This document shows, piece after piece, positions 16,890 to 31,038 of a stretch of 64,000 nt of DNA. This DNA is from Balanoglossus misakiensis. Taxonomy: Eukaryota; Animalia; Hemichordata. The notes under the pieces were generated by a model that was not told the DNA's origin, did no database searches, and saw only the letters and a program-made list of their open reading frames with translations. The stretch spans positions 3,643,319-3,707,318 of the forward strand of contig CM082594.2 in the NCBI GenBank assembly GCA_040954595.2, in the 5' to 3' direction. A program made the translations under genes and the position numbers. The first letter of the stretch is position 1; each line of letters starts with the position of its first letter.

Positions 16890-16932
16890 ACGCCAATCAC
16901 CATTAATAATGGGCGGGGCCAAATATGCATAA
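16890..16932. promoter_or_regulatory. CCAAT + GC box + octamer-like cluster
   Basis: gccaatca, gggcggggc (16911-16919) and atatgcataa within ~45 bp; motif match only. Confidence 0.35.
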
Positions 16933-17134
16933 CGAGTATCGCCAAACCTCACGGCAGTATCGATATCGGTTCACATGTACACACTGCACTAGCTTAAAGC
17001 TTAATTTACAGCCGGGTATTTTATTGATGTAAGCTTAGCAATATTTTCATTGACGATCGAGTACATAGCTGATGGAGAATATAGCCGTATTAGAGGCACT
17101 AGATGCGATTAAATCATTTGTTCCAATACATTTG

Positions 17135-17302
17135 TCGACAATTTCGGCCCACATCAAACACATTTGTTCGAACTAATTCCTTCTAACGGACCGTTGGTGA
17201 AATATTGGCGACGGCGTGCCTTTCGACAATGGCGGCCCATATCAAACAGATTTATTCCAACTAATTCTTTCCAACGGACCGTTGGTGAACTATTGGAGAT
17301 GG
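17135..17302. repeat. Tandem duplication, 2 x 88 bp
   Basis: tcgacaat..cggccca.atcaaaca.attt.ttc.aactaattc.ttc.aacggaccgttggtgaa.tattgg starts at 17135 and 17223. Confidence 0.92.
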
Positions 17303-19118
17303 TCAATGTGGCTTTTCTTGATGGTATGAGACTAACATTTATAAAGCAAGATCCGATATATTTCACATCTATTCGACCGCAATCCAGAAAAAAAAAATAG
17401 TCCAGAGATTGGTAATTGTTTGGCCCACAAAGGTTTTGTACATGGCTAGTTACAAAGATAAAGCAGTATTGTACAGCACAGCAGAGCCCAGACAACCAAC
17501 AAAGAACACAAATCCAGGCCAGTGGGGAAAGATATATGGTACTCCGCCAAAGAAAATCAAGAAGTAATGTCAGGTGTTTCGAAAATAGTAGGCAAACCCT
17601 GCCCCAGGTTAGATTCGTTACAGATGGTTTGAATTGACATGACCTTTCATTTTACACAGACAAAGAACCGGGCAGGGTAAAAAGCGAAAAATCACGCTTG
17701 GATTTCTCAAATGCGGAAAGGGGTCAAACGTCGACGGCTCTTAAATCGGCAGACCAGATTACAGGAAACATATGTTTTTTTATTCGCCCTCACGATGGCT
17801 TCGTTGATTTTAAATTAGAATCGTGCAGTGGCACTTGAACGCCAATTGCCAGAAACGGTAATTGAAGAGTTTGAACTTCGAGCCGCGTGCAACCTTAAAA
17901 ATGTTGTGAAGGCACAAGCGCATCACGTCCCCAGACTCTGCAATCAGACTAATTGGATCACTCTCAAATATCTCGCGCCATTAAACCCTGGGCTGGTGGT
18001 CTTCAAGGAAGGTCACCCAGCGCCAAGCTATACGTCACCTCTGGATCATCTCCCGGCCCGGGTCTACTTGACTTGACTCATCGATTCAGCCAGGAGTCCT
18101 GTGAATAAATTGATCTACAATTGGCAGCGCGAATTTATGTTTTATTCATTCGCGTTTGGTAGTTTCCCCTGCCCTGCAGACGCCAATAATTCTCTGTCAG
18201 CCTTGCTGAATGATGCATCTCGCCTTCACAGGTCGTTGCAGTTATTCCTTGCTTGCTATATAACCTTTAAAGGAAAAATACTGACTGAGTATTAATATTT
18301 TGTAGTTAATTCTAAACTGTTTGCATATACATGTACACATTGGAAAAATATTCAAGACTTCGTATATAACATTCCTGACTAAATTGTACTCTTGAACCGT
18401 ACGATATGGTTTTATATGTCTCGCATTTTTATCACGGTGTTTGCTGCTAAAGTAAATGGCCATGACCTTGCCAAATAATGGCATTGGCGATTAATAGTCA
18501 ATTCGATTTTTTTTCAAATGGGTAGTCTCTCTTGGCGGTCTTCATAAAATTGTACTTTCGTGAGGTCACTGTGACTATTAATGACCAACCAGTTGTTTGC
18601 TCCTTTGAAAATATGGCAATCTCATGTCTTTGAAAGTAAGCCGGTCTTATCTATATATAAACGTCTAGGAAATTCTGAATCATCAACACACACGTTTTCC
18701 AGATGAAAATTGACGTCTGGTAGGTACAGACATCTTCGCGCCATGATTCAAGTGACCAAAAATGCAACATTGAATTTCGCGATAAAAAATACTAAAGTTG
18801 AACGGGTTCATTTCTGTGTCGCGGATATGAGTCTTTGTTTGCCTAATATATTCCCATTCATAAAACCACCGATCTCTACATAACAGCGGCACTGTACTTT
18901 AAATCAATTTTGTAATCAGTCTCCCGCCAGTTTTTTTGATGATTGAATTTAGTTAACGACCAAAGGCATCAAAATACCCTCAAAAGGCCTAAATCAATAG
19001 GCCATCATGCATTAATTTTGTCTAACCATCGTAAAATGTTGAACAGATTTAGAGCTAAATTTATTTTATTCCCACTACTATTTCTTTACTCGTTCAACTC
19101 AGACGCCATTAGCAACAT

Positions 19119-19180
19119 GTACAGTACAGTAGAGTACAGTACAGTAGAGTACAGTACAGTACAGTGCAGAACAGTACAAG
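19119..19180. repeat. Degenerate (CAGTA)n microsatellite
   Basis: gtacagtacagtagagtacagtacagtagagtacagtacagtacagtgcag. Confidence 0.9.
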
Positions 19181-20429
19181 GCAGGGCAATGCAAGGCAGC
19201 ACAACGAATATCCGTATTACGGCAAACGCGTTGTGGATACAAATCGAATTGCTGGCATTTAATATTCAAAGTCAACTTTTTTGCCAGCCACCAAATCTAA
19301 ATCACAGCCACGAATGTTAATCATATTGTATCTTCCGTGAAAGCAATGTTATTTATATGGTTCCCTCCCCCGGGCAATTTTACAGTCCACTCCTTGGCAT
19401 TAATGAATAATCGCTAATCAACAAATGGTAGTAAATTACACAAGAGTTATTTATCTTCCCAGAGCGTTTAATTTAGGTAAGCAAAGTAGAACAGTGTATG
19501 GATCATCAGTAAAAATGTTCCAATCCGATCTCGATATTCCATAACTGACCCTGCACAAGCATATCACGACCAAATTTAATCACTTTCTAGCCTGTGATCT
19601 TATCAGGTTTCGTTTAACTTTCTGAGGATTCTGTGTAATTACGATTTGTCAGATATATTTTAGCGAAGTCCACAACGTTTGAATCCTTTATTTATTCCCA
19701 TCACTTACGTAGCCCTCATATTTGTCTCATGTTAATTAAGTCTTGCAGGTTTGTATGTAAAGACTGCAGATTTGCGTTCTTGTTGTGTGGTTTTCCTCTG
19801 CGAATTCTCGCGTGACTAACCCAATATACTTGGTCATAGGTTTTTTCAATGAGTGTGAGTTAAAACGACGAGCTTATAAAATATTGAAATCGCGATGGTC
19901 TTTAAACGTGGATAACCAGAGAAGAAGTTTACGAAATGATAGTTTCCTTTAGATACACACATAGAGGTACTAAACAGAATGGAAAGGTGGTACAAACATG
20001 GCTTTGGACAGGTAGTACGGAGCATGGCCTTTCGAGAAACCTGTTGTTTTTTTCAGATGTAAACATACAGATGTCAAGTAGAATGGAGGGTACCACTGAG
20101 ACACGGCAAGTTTACAGTGATTTTTTATGGTACACAGCACGTTTCCGTGTTAATACTCGGAGCGATAAGCGTAGCCCGCCGCTTACTATGCGTTTTATGA
20201 TCGATGCCAGATCGAATTTTATGCTTTTCAGTAGCGTGACCCGAAACGGCTTTAAATTTTATATGTCTGTTACCTAATGGTTGCTGTGACAACAGCCGGA
20301 TCTTTGTAACTGTGTCATAAAACGAAACAGAAATAGTAATCTTTCGCAAGACGCGCGCCTAAGAGAAAAGACGGTTACGACTACTATTGCAACGAAACGA
20401 AAAAAGCAACTACAGCCAAAAAAACATAT

Positions 20430-20647
20430 ACAGCACAGTACAGTACAGTACAGTACAGTACAGTACAATACAGTACAGTACAGTGCAGTGCAGTGCAGTA
20501 CAGAGCAGTGCAGTGCAGTACAGTGCAGTACAGTACAGTACAGTACAGTACAGTACAGTACAGTACAGTACAGTACAGTACAGTACAGTACAGTACAGTA
20601 CAGTACAGTACAGTACAGTACAGTACAGTACAGTACAGTACAGTACA
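20430..20647. repeat. (CAGTA)n pentanucleotide microsatellite, ~43 units with CAGTG variants
   Basis: Directly visible; explains the STVQY and LYCTV ORFs. Confidence 0.99.
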
Positions 20648-23600
20648 AGCCAGATAGAAATCGGAGTGGCTTCAAAGTGGAGAGAACACTTCTCCACTTA
20701 GGAGCGGCCCTCAATGCGTATCGAGAGGACGACGGGCTGATCTCGCTGATATGGAAATAGCAAACATCAATTACCGTGCATTGCCACGTAGAAGGGGACA
20801 TTAAGAGATCCAGCGCGATATGGACCAAATGACGTAATAAAACTCCGAGTCGTAAAAGGAGATTACGCCGGCGATGTTCGCCGAAAATTGATGCGAGTCT
20901 GAGAAGTCGCTGAGGCGAAAAGACAACGGTTTGAAAAGTGCTTTTGTGAAACGTCTACGTTCGAAAATACTCATACCGACCCGGATTTATCGGGGAAATG
21001 ACTATTGCCACGTGTGCACCCTCTTGTAAAATGGCGCCACCAAGAGAGCACTGCTACAACACAGTATTCACGACAGCATGGTCTCCATGAGTTTTACACT
21101 TTTTAAATCATAGTGATAACTTCTGTCAGTAATACATGTAGTTATCACACATTTTCCGGGTTTCAAACATCATGAAAGCCAACGCATTTCTTGCCTATAT
21201 AACGCGGCCATGCGCATCTACCGGTCCAATCCTCATCCACTGACCCTCACTGGTGGCCCGTCACACTCTCTGCGAAATATTCACAATTCATGATTGGGTG
21301 GCGTTTTGTTATTTCCTTTTTATAGCAGACTCTGAAAACAGCACTTCTCCACTATTTAAAAGTCTAACCTCTATATAACCCTTGAGGGAGCTATGGAATC
21401 GTCCCATTTTTCATGGAGATTAGTTCACGCAACTAGGATTCAAAACGAGCCTGTTTTTTATCAGGTATTCGTTACGGCGCGTTGGTGATTGATCACCTAG
21501 CAACGATTCGGGGAGGCCGGGATTAGACCCACACGACAGTGTATTATCCCGTTTCCCGCCCCTTTTAAGATTTCTGTCGCTATCAAATCTCACATCAGGA
21601 TTTTGCCGCCTAATGACCTTCATTTTCTTTTGACTCGTGATACGGGTGTCGTCATTACCTTTCTCTGCCTTTTAAACGAGAGGTTTGAGATCGTCGAGAT
21701 GAAAACCCGTGATATCGTATCACGCGGCTTTTGCAACGTGGTGATGTATATCGACTTTAATGACATGGTATTTGGCGCGCCGTTCTCAGAGATTAAAAAC
21801 TAATTTTCAATGCAGTGTTGAGTTGCCACAGACGAAAAAGGCCAATGCGTGAATGTCCAAGAACAGGATATCCAGTTTGAGCCGGATTTATTTTACCATT
21901 CGAAGCGTGTCAGCCAAGACATCAATAAGTTCAGCAAACGTCAAACGGCCATGAAGTGACACTTCAAAAATGACGTGCACGAAATCGCCTGTCAGTCGGT
22001 GAAAGGTTTCATTCAACGCGGGATTTCCGCCCCAAACTATGGCGTTACCGTTTTGCTGTGGCGACAGAAATTCAAAATTAGACATATCGGTTTCTTCACA
22101 AACCTAAGCTATGGATGGGTGAGTGAGAGCAGGATGTCTTAATTAGGAATTAGGGAGATTTCAGTGGTTATAGGGGGGATGGTCCGGAGAGAATAAGGAA
22201 ATATGTCAGCTAGGATTGTTTTTGAGAAGGTCACGTGTTGCAATTAGAACTTTGCAAAAAATCATTGATAGTTACTGTAACAAATACATCCAAACAGGCC
22301 CATAACACTTGATTCCTTATCGATTTTGCAATGCGCTTGTTTTGTCCTTGACAACAAACAGTCCGTGATTGCATGTATGTCAATTTCCATGAGATTACGG
22401 GCTAAAATCACGTGATCTACAACAAAGTCACAAGCGATATAGTTACCCTCTGATTGACGCCTCTGCTTGATATGTCTCACGTGATATTAAATAAGTCGAT
22501 CTCATGATACCTGTCAATCAGCATCCATCGCAGAAATCGACACAAAATCACTCGGTTTTGAATTAAAAGTCTTGTTGATATGTGGTACTTTGTTGGACGT
22601 GACGTATCAAATTTACGACGGGACAATTAATCTTGTAACGGCGAGCCATGATTGATTGCGTGAGACACGTACCAATTGCGTACTCTGCGCAAAGTTGACG
22701 TATATGTCTCCATGCAGGAATAACTCATTGCCAGACCTTTTTTGTTCGACATGACTGAAGCTCATATGTCACGTGATTTGACACACGTTAATTAAGCCTT
22801 TAGCAGACACTGGGCTGCAATACGGCTAGCGAAGTTGGCAACACCAATTGACTCTGGCAGAATACGTTTTAAGTGTGTTACCAGTCGCCAATAACATCAC
22901 CGACGCTATAATTGCCTGATATAACTAAATATATAACGGTGGCAGAAAGTGTGTATTATTATAGGGGAGCAATTTAACATTTATACATGGATAAATGTAG
23001 TGATTATCTGGTACCCATACTGTTCCCCTAACGTCTGCGCAGACGATGCTGCGTACACGCAGACCATGGAACAACTGATCGATTACTACATTGTTGGAAC
23101 TTTACATTGACATCAGTATTCAGATATGTGTCTGTCATGTATTCGTCAGGTCTCTATGATAACGATGACATTACGTTACAAAGATTGTTTTTCCCCGCGT
23201 AAACAGAGACTTCTGTCGGGAACTTTGCTCACCTGTGACCGATAATTGCCCTGATGATGCCATGCCAGCATATAGCTGCCGCGGGCCTTTGTGAATCCGG
23301 CTCTTCCGTGTAAAGGAAACTATGGCACCGAGAAGTTGACAGAAACCGTCGCGTGCACCATTTTGAAGAACGGTGGTCATGTACATGTATACGAAGAGAT
23401 AGACATCAACATAATTAGTTTCTTGGTTCGCGCCTGCCAATTTCTGGCTTAAAATCCAAGGAGGGTATATACGCACTGGTGACGACTGGCCGTATTACTC
23501 GATGCTGTCACCATGGAAACGAGCGCGCATCCCGTGTATGGTTCACTGCAATTTCTGCATCGATGACTCAAAATGGTGGCAGGATTTAAGACGCTAGTCA

Positions 23601-23820
23601 CATATCAAGTTTCCTTGATGAACTTGTCTCCTTTACTTTTTGGAGAAAAAATGGCTAAGTGCATTTATCTTCCTGCTTCTTCGGAATCTCAAAAGAATCT
23701 CTCAGACTCCCATTTCCGCTAGTTTGGGCTAGATTTTAATTTCGCCAGAAAAAGACGACGTTGAAAGTTTTTATCTTTTTATGGTAATTTTTACAACCCA
23801 ACCATTATCGTTGTAACAAT

Positions 23821-23981
23821 CCCAAATTAATCAATTACTCTGTTTTATTAATGGTAGATTTATAGCAGATAATATTAGGAGGCTTTCGGAGATTATAGAT
23901 TTGTACGAGAAGAATAAAGAGCCAGGTTTGGTCTTCATTGCTGATTTTGATAAGGCTTTTGACAAAGTGAGATGGGAATAC
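23821..23981 (+). mobile_element. L1/Tx1-clade non-LTR retrotransposon reverse transcriptase fragment
   Basis: Frame from 23844 reads FINGRFIADNIRRLSEIIDLYEKNKEPGLVFIADFDKAFDKVRWEY, matching the RT motifs (Q.G)F..GR.I.DNIR and D..KAFD.V.W; upstream PKLIN is in a shifted frame. Confidence 0.9.
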
Positions 23982-26900
23982 CAGATAAGAAGAACAGCCA
24001 CGTGTTTAACTATATGTGCTCCCGTGTTTAAGAGAAACATTGATTCAGTATGCAAATTAGCAGCATAATCCCGGAATACCATTAACTCTCGTGTGTGAAT
24101 ACGGGAGCCAACTTAATTATTCTGCAGTGCCTTTGCGTACTTTTAATTGTGCTGGCGAGCGCCCTCTGTAGATATCATTTTGCGAAAGAAAATTGATATA
24201 CCATAATCACATTGACACGTGTGAAGACAAATGGACTGCAATAATACATTTTTAAAGAATAGTTTTATGAGCGGCCTTATACTTCAAGAATCTAAAAACT
24301 TCTCGGGTTCCAATTTCCGATGGAGACGGTTTTTAATGTGCCTGGAAATAGGCATTGTAATGAACTTCAAATGTAGGCCTACTTTGATACGATAATTATA
24401 CCAAGGTCAATCAAACGATCCATTTTCAAATGCAAAGCTAATAAAGCGTAGAATCTGTTATCTATAATGCATACATTTCTTGCAAAACCCGTCGAATCCT
24501 ACTTGTCTATCGAACTGTGAATATTGACTCTTTCGGCAATGCACTGACTGCCGAGATACGGGTGAAAGTAAATCAGACAGACAGACTGAGACAACATAGA
24601 TAGGCAACAATCAAAAGCCTAGACGAAAAATTACACTGCGAAGTACAGGGAAACTCTATGGTGTTGATTTTCGTGTATGCGACGGGATTTGGCCTTATTT
24701 ACAATTTATACACAGGGGATGGTACACAACAGACCCGGCTGAATTATTTACACGCAATATCTGTTAAACTGCAAACGCGTGTATACATTTTGCATGGATA
24801 TATATGAGAAGGATTTTATAAAATCCATCCTAACGACGTCTACGCACCCACAAGGCTCACATGAAAGAAATATGTTGCCTGTATGGTAATCAAATATAAA
24901 TATAAAAAATGAAGACATGCAAGAAACCTGTAAACGGATTTTGTAAAAAATGTACATCCCGCCAAAATACGACAACAGTTACCCAAAACACGTACGCAAC
25001 AGCATATAAACTATATTTACATTTATCTGAATTTGATTGATATTATGCTAAACACACTGATATAATTTTACAAAAAATCATGTAAATGTTTCATATGTAC
25101 ATCTTCTGCGCACGTTTTACTTCGTTCGTATTTTATCGTATATTTGTGTGAATCGCCATTTTGGCATGAATTACCAGGCAGTATAGTTATATAGGTACAC
25201 TTCAAAGGCTTTGTGGAAGGTTAATTAGGGATGTCACTAACATTGTTTCATCATAAGACTTCATTTTCGGATTTCTTAATCATCATTGCTTATTTCACAG
25301 TAAAGCAGGAGCAGTTTTGGCAATATACAGAATCTTTCATGCAATAAAAAAATAATTAAACATTTTTTTCCATGAGAGTAAACGGTGAATGTGAATCCTG
25401 TTTTGATGTGGTCTACTTTGTGTTGAGTGTGTTGACCCATTTACGACAGGGGCACCATGACCTTTGTGGTATATATGAGCAAAGAACAGGAAAAGACACT
25501 GAGTAACTGATTTTCTTTCCAGGAACGAGGAGTGCAATTTCTTCGCTTGGAACTGTGTTTTTAATCGTACATTAACTTACATTAGAGCATCATAGATACA
25601 CATGAGCAGTGTCTTCTGATGTAGAAGGGATGACTTGCAGTGGGGTGGGCAATAAAACAATGGCCACGGGCCGTTCGGTGATTACCGTGCAAATGACGCT
25701 GAATGCTGTCAACTCAGACTCGCCGGCGCCTTCAGCTAAAAGAAAGTCATATTGAAGTTGCACTGGGAGTCGAGAGTTCCACAGAACTTGGGGCGAAAAA
25801 TAGAGCAAATCCAACGTCATGGATAATTTGAACTTAAACATGTCAAAAACACACGTGAGTCAAGAACTTTGATGACGTAAACGCGTGTGTGCCGTTGCCA
25901 GTAATAACCAAAACCTTGACTCTGCACGCAGCGCATACACTGACGGTGGCGAAGTCATTTTGTAATCATGGGTGAGTATGATCAGTGTTCTCCAAGAAAA
26001 TAGTTGATTGCCATGGTAACTAGAGATTTTTTTGTCGTGTTTGACCTTTCCGGTCGATTTGACTTTAATCACGGCACTGTCACACCAATAGTAAATGCCC
26101 TTGATTTTTTTCCCGCAATAAGAGCAAACCTGTTCCCATCATCCAGCGGTATACCGCCCAAGCAGTTTCACCTTCTTGACTTCGATCCGGCTTTTTGCCT
26201 GAAGAAAACCCCCTCGCGCTGAACTGGACATGACGATAAGACATTTCCACCGCATTCACGTCTTTGTGTGCTAATACAAAGACGAGCTCTCTGCAGCACA
26301 ACAGACACAGTCTAGTCCACCAACGCTAATAGCTGTATTTGAAACCAAAAAAGGGCGCCTCCCACTTAACGTTGTGTACGTGTTTTACACAAAAATAATT
26401 CAGGATGGCTTTTCCCACAAGCGTGTGCACCACAAACGTTTTCTTTTTCAGAGCACACACACAGAATGTTTCCATATAATTAGGAGCAAATGAACCGAAC
26501 ACAGGAATGCTTGTACAGAATAAACAACTGAAACACCTGAATTGAACCCAGAATATGTATAAGCAAACTGAGACAGATTATTTTCAGAAGAGTGTAGAGT
26601 GCCAATTAACGTCTTTGCAACCAGGTATAGGCTTACACTGACTCGCGCACAACCGACTTCAAGACAGACACGCTATTATGTAATAGAGAAATGACATTTA
26701 CTACACTTATCCGTGTACTATTCCCTTCAGTTGCTCAAAAAATCACATAAAATGAACTATTGAAATGGCATATGTGTGCATTTGTTTTTACAAACACGTT
26801 TATGTAAGGAGTTGCCTCACGACACCCGGTGAATGCTTCTATTCAACCAGTTCTGGGCATCACCCCAATCACTATGTTGAGGTCTACATCAATCTTTCAT

Positions 26901-29636
26901 TTTAAGTCCCGCACACACAAGACGTGTTAGTTTCAAACGGCATGATCATTATGACACTGCATCCAAATAAAAACTGTTGGGAGATTAATTTCGATTAAGA
27001 TTAAAAATAGTAGCCATGTGCTACGTCATTTGTATAAACATGATAGTAAATTAATATTCTGTCATTTGTTTTCTTTGATTTCCTAGTAATAATGAAATTG
27101 CTTATCTATAAAGTTTAAATGAAGATCAAATCAATACAAACAATTGAAATAATTGATTTTCCAGCATTAATCAACTTTCAGCCAGACGATGCAATCATAA
27201 AAAACAATAAAACATTCTATATAGATTTGGATAATTAAATTTACGTCATTTATTTCAATTTTGCATGAAAATGATTTATTGCACAACTACAATGAATAGC
27301 AGGCCTAAATATTGTTTTTTCTATTACGTGCAATAGTGTGTCTGTTTAAGTTGGTCGTGTGGGAGTCAACGGCCTTGTAGCAAAGACTTTAATTGGAACC
27401 GAATTAAGCCTCTGATGACTGTATACACGTTGGATTCCCTGTCGTTCATTCTGTGCACACAATCCTGTTCTCGGTTGCTCTGTTGGGTAATTATATGAAA
27501 CCTTTGTGTGTGTGTGTGCCTGAACAAGACAATATTAGTGTTGACATGGGAACCTGTAGTCACGTGGTGCATCACTTGATATAACCTTCAAGATGTCTTC
27601 AAAAGAAATCTCCCCTTTTCAAAATTCCCTTTTAATCTTGATATTGTCACATGTAATAAGTTTTGTTTAATCGTTATGATTTTTTTGCGGGTTTGTTTGA
27701 ATAAAACGGAAGGGTCAATTTGCTTTGTTGTTGAGATTAGTCTGTGGAGTGTTTTGTTTCCAAAAATGGCTTAAAGTTAATAGGCTGCCATATTGGGGCA
27801 GGGTTGCTCACTCTTTTCGAACTATCTTCAACAGCTTCTTGGTATGCCATTTTGATTTTATACAGCATGGTTTTGATTGCCTTCCAATTTGCTTTTGAGA
27901 TTATCATGGATGGCTATGAATTGATTATACCGTCCTTGTAAAAACAAACATAATATTCGGTCTTGTACCTTATCTCTACCTTGACTATTACACCTTGTAA
28001 ACTGTTTAATGAAACACACACATGTCTTCAGGAGCGTTATAATGTAGATCAATATAACTCCAAAAGTGAAAAGTCAAGTCTTATAGGCGATATGTCCTTA
28101 GTCGATTCCATTCAGTATTTCCATCATGACGTTTTAATAGAAAAAGGAGCAGATGTGTTGTATATTGCACTTTTTTCGAAAACAAAGAATTGCACAGAAA
28201 GAACCGGAATTATAGAAGCTTTCTGCACTGTGTGCTTTTTTATTAGCGACATTTGACATTTATTGAGAAGCTCCAATTTTCCATGTGAAATGCATTGATA
28301 AACCTTTTAAGAATACTCCCATTAATAAAAAATACTTTATCAATATTTTAATGCCACTTTATTGTTGAAAAGTAATTTATGTTTAGATAACTCCTGTCCG
28401 CCCAAGGATGGCGATCAATGCAGAAATCCGTGTATTGTCGTTTCGAATCAAAGACTGGGGACACGTTAACCTAATTTTGTCCCTATATACAATGGGATAC
28501 GAAATGGATACACACAGAAAGGCTACTCGTGTATATTTATACTATCTCGCGGTGAACGATACCATCTTTACAGTGAAAGATGCACGTCATAGAGGAAGTG
28601 AAAATTGTTTTATGTTGCGCTCGTAAATTCTGCAATGTACATGTACTGTATAACATCAATGCACTCATCTCATTCTCAAACCTGTATTGACGTGAAACGT
28701 CCGTTTTCATACGAGCGTAGAAGATGACCAGTTGACCTGACCAGACTTCAGAAATCGCATTACAGTTATTTATCGACTTCGAGTTGAGTTTATTTATTCT
28801 CTCTGTGCGCGGCTACTGTGAAACAGCTTACGCTATAAACATGCCACGTAGTTGACATTTCCACCTTTCGCATAGACACATCGCGGGAACACGCATTCAT
28901 TCGACAGGTAGTGTAGCTGATGTAGTAATTTGACTTCAGCGCCATGCTGGGTTTCGCTCTCCGCACAAAGCTACGTCGCTCCGTGCTTTCAATTACTTTA
29001 TTTGGTCACCCCTACCGTAAGAGCCTCGGGCTGTATTCTGAAAGGCTTGTATTCGAAAAACCCGACGGGTTATCCCAGCAGATCTTGACATTCAATTCAC
29101 GAGTTTTGTTTCCATGGCAAATTTAATGGGCCATCAAATTCCGTCCATTCTGCCTGCCCGCCTAGGCGTGTGGCTTAGCTCGCATGTGGGGTTCATTGTA
29201 TTCGATGGTTTGGATGAGTTCCGTCGGCATGCAATAGCAATGTACAGCAAGATTCGTGCACAAAAACTTCTCTCTCTCACGATGCACAATTGTGATGTCT
29301 ACTCTGTTCACCACCGTGATTCCTTTTAATACCATAACAAAGTTTTGAGTCAAAGAAACCTCGCGACTGCATTAATTTACATGTAGTGAATATTGACATT
29401 GATTTCACAACTTGTCAACTATCCCTTGTCTTAAATAGTCAGGCGAGATGAGAAAAAGCAAGTCCCATATTCAGGGTGATATTGAAGAAGCGGGACGAAA
29501 TTTTCATCAAATACATCAAGCTGGTGCCCAGGTTATAGTTATTTTAGCATTCGATAGGGTTGCCGTATTTTGCCGTGAAAAATTACCTTTTCTGACTTAC
29601 TACGCCAACAGGGTCAAATGAAAAATTTCATCAAAG

Positions 29637-29637
<1 letters not shown>

Positions 29638-29666
<29 letters not shown>
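29638..29666. repeat. (CAT)n microsatellite
   Basis: catcatcatcatcatcatcatcatcatca. Confidence 0.97.
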
Positions 29667-29667
<1 letters not shown>

Positions 29668-30742
29668 CACCACCATTATGGATTCAGAGGAACACCAAAC
29701 AGATTTCTGTTCAGCGTTCTCGTTAACACAAAAAACCTTGTCCGACCGCTGTTCACAAAATGACAATTAATCTCAATGGTTTGTGAAATTCCCCTATCAG
29801 AGCTTTCAACAGCTGCCACAACAGCTGTAACAGAAGTTTCAAACGTCGGCACTAGACAGGAAAAAAGGCCAAGATGACCTGTTTCTCCAGTCATAATCAG
29901 ACTCTACAGGGGCTTGCCACAGAGAGAAGCGAACCACATTTGAATGGCAGCGTTATGTAGTATTTATGAGTACTTCATCAGCGTGTAACTTAATTTACGA
30001 GAAAGGACAAGTGTTTGCGCTGGGTCAACATGATTAGAATGAAGAGCGACAAGATTTGTTGGTCGAGAGCTCGTATACTTGGAGAGAACTGCCCATTAAC
30101 TTCATTACAGCTTACTCTAGACCCTTAGTTACTTTACGGCCATTGCTCTCAGCACACTAATTCGATTATGTTATTTCTTGATCGAAATCAGCAGTCCACC
30201 GTTGGTACTTTCCCCGCAAGCACTTCAGCGACTCATTATGGGCACTTTCTCAAAAGAAAAAGAGAGATTGTGCTTTTCAATTTAACTAGTTTTTTGTTTG
30301 CTTTTTGTGACATATTTTACTAATGGAACGTGAAAAAAGGCGTAACAATACTTGCCCTTTCAGTTTTAATTCGAAGTGAAGGATTCCTCGAAAATGTTTT
30401 TTTTTTTAACGTTCGCCTATCTTTTGACGTGCATGTTCAGTTATGCGCTCCATTTAATACAGAATAACCCTGTTTACACTTGTGATAAGTTTTCGCCAGG
30501 AGTTATTCCTACGAGACTGAAATATGTTGTGTTTTGTCCTCCTATCTAATTGTCATTCTGGTTGGTCTCGTGTCAGAGAGGTAAATAACCCAGATGATGG
30601 AAACGATGATCTGAATCCTGACTTATTTAAAGTATCATGGATTGATCTCTTGTAAGGGTGAACGTTTCATCAGACTAACCACTTCGTAGTGTACTGATAT
30701 TAGCGCCTCAAAGCCACAGTCCTATTTAATCTGTTATTTAAC

Positions 30743-31038
30743 TCCGTGGAGGTACTCCCAATATTCATACGGGTGTGTGTGACCTAAGATCAAAAGATTA
30801 ACCCATATACACTCCAAAACTTCACCCATTGTTAGAAATGTCTAATCCTAATTTTGAGATATCTTCATTTCGTTTTAAGTTGTTGTGTAGCATGTGAACG
30901 TTTTTCACAAGCATTGGCACATGTCCTATTTTTCGATTAATGTTTAGGTTTTTTCTGTGAAAATCCATGTTAGGGACTTTTCTTGAAAAAGTGTCCCATC
31001 CGGGCGGGCAAATACCTTTTATGGAAGTACCCCCCAGG
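30743..31038. mobile_element. ~296-bp MITE with imperfect TIRs and 8-bp target-site duplication
   Basis: Left ccgtggaggtactccca vs reverse complement of right end cctggggggtacttcca (13/17); tatttaac at 30735-30742 and 31039-31046. Confidence 0.8.

Noticed and set aside
17135-17302. Repeats as a CRISPR-like array (also 41910-42150)
   Set aside because: Adjacent diverged units without spacers, eukaryotic context, no cas genes
20274-20828. 184-aa LYCTV and STVQY repeat ORFs
   Set aside because: A (CAGTA)n pentamer has no stop in any frame; not a gene
21470-21540. Possible tRNA or SINE head (ggcgcgttggt...gggattagaccc)
   Set aside because: No cloverleaf and a poor B box; better explained as unique sequence with an X-box-like motif
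24152-24172. CTCF-like gcgccctctgtag (similar at 6415, 12478, 63840)
   Set aside because: Partial core matches only; too weak without a PWM scan or ChIP data
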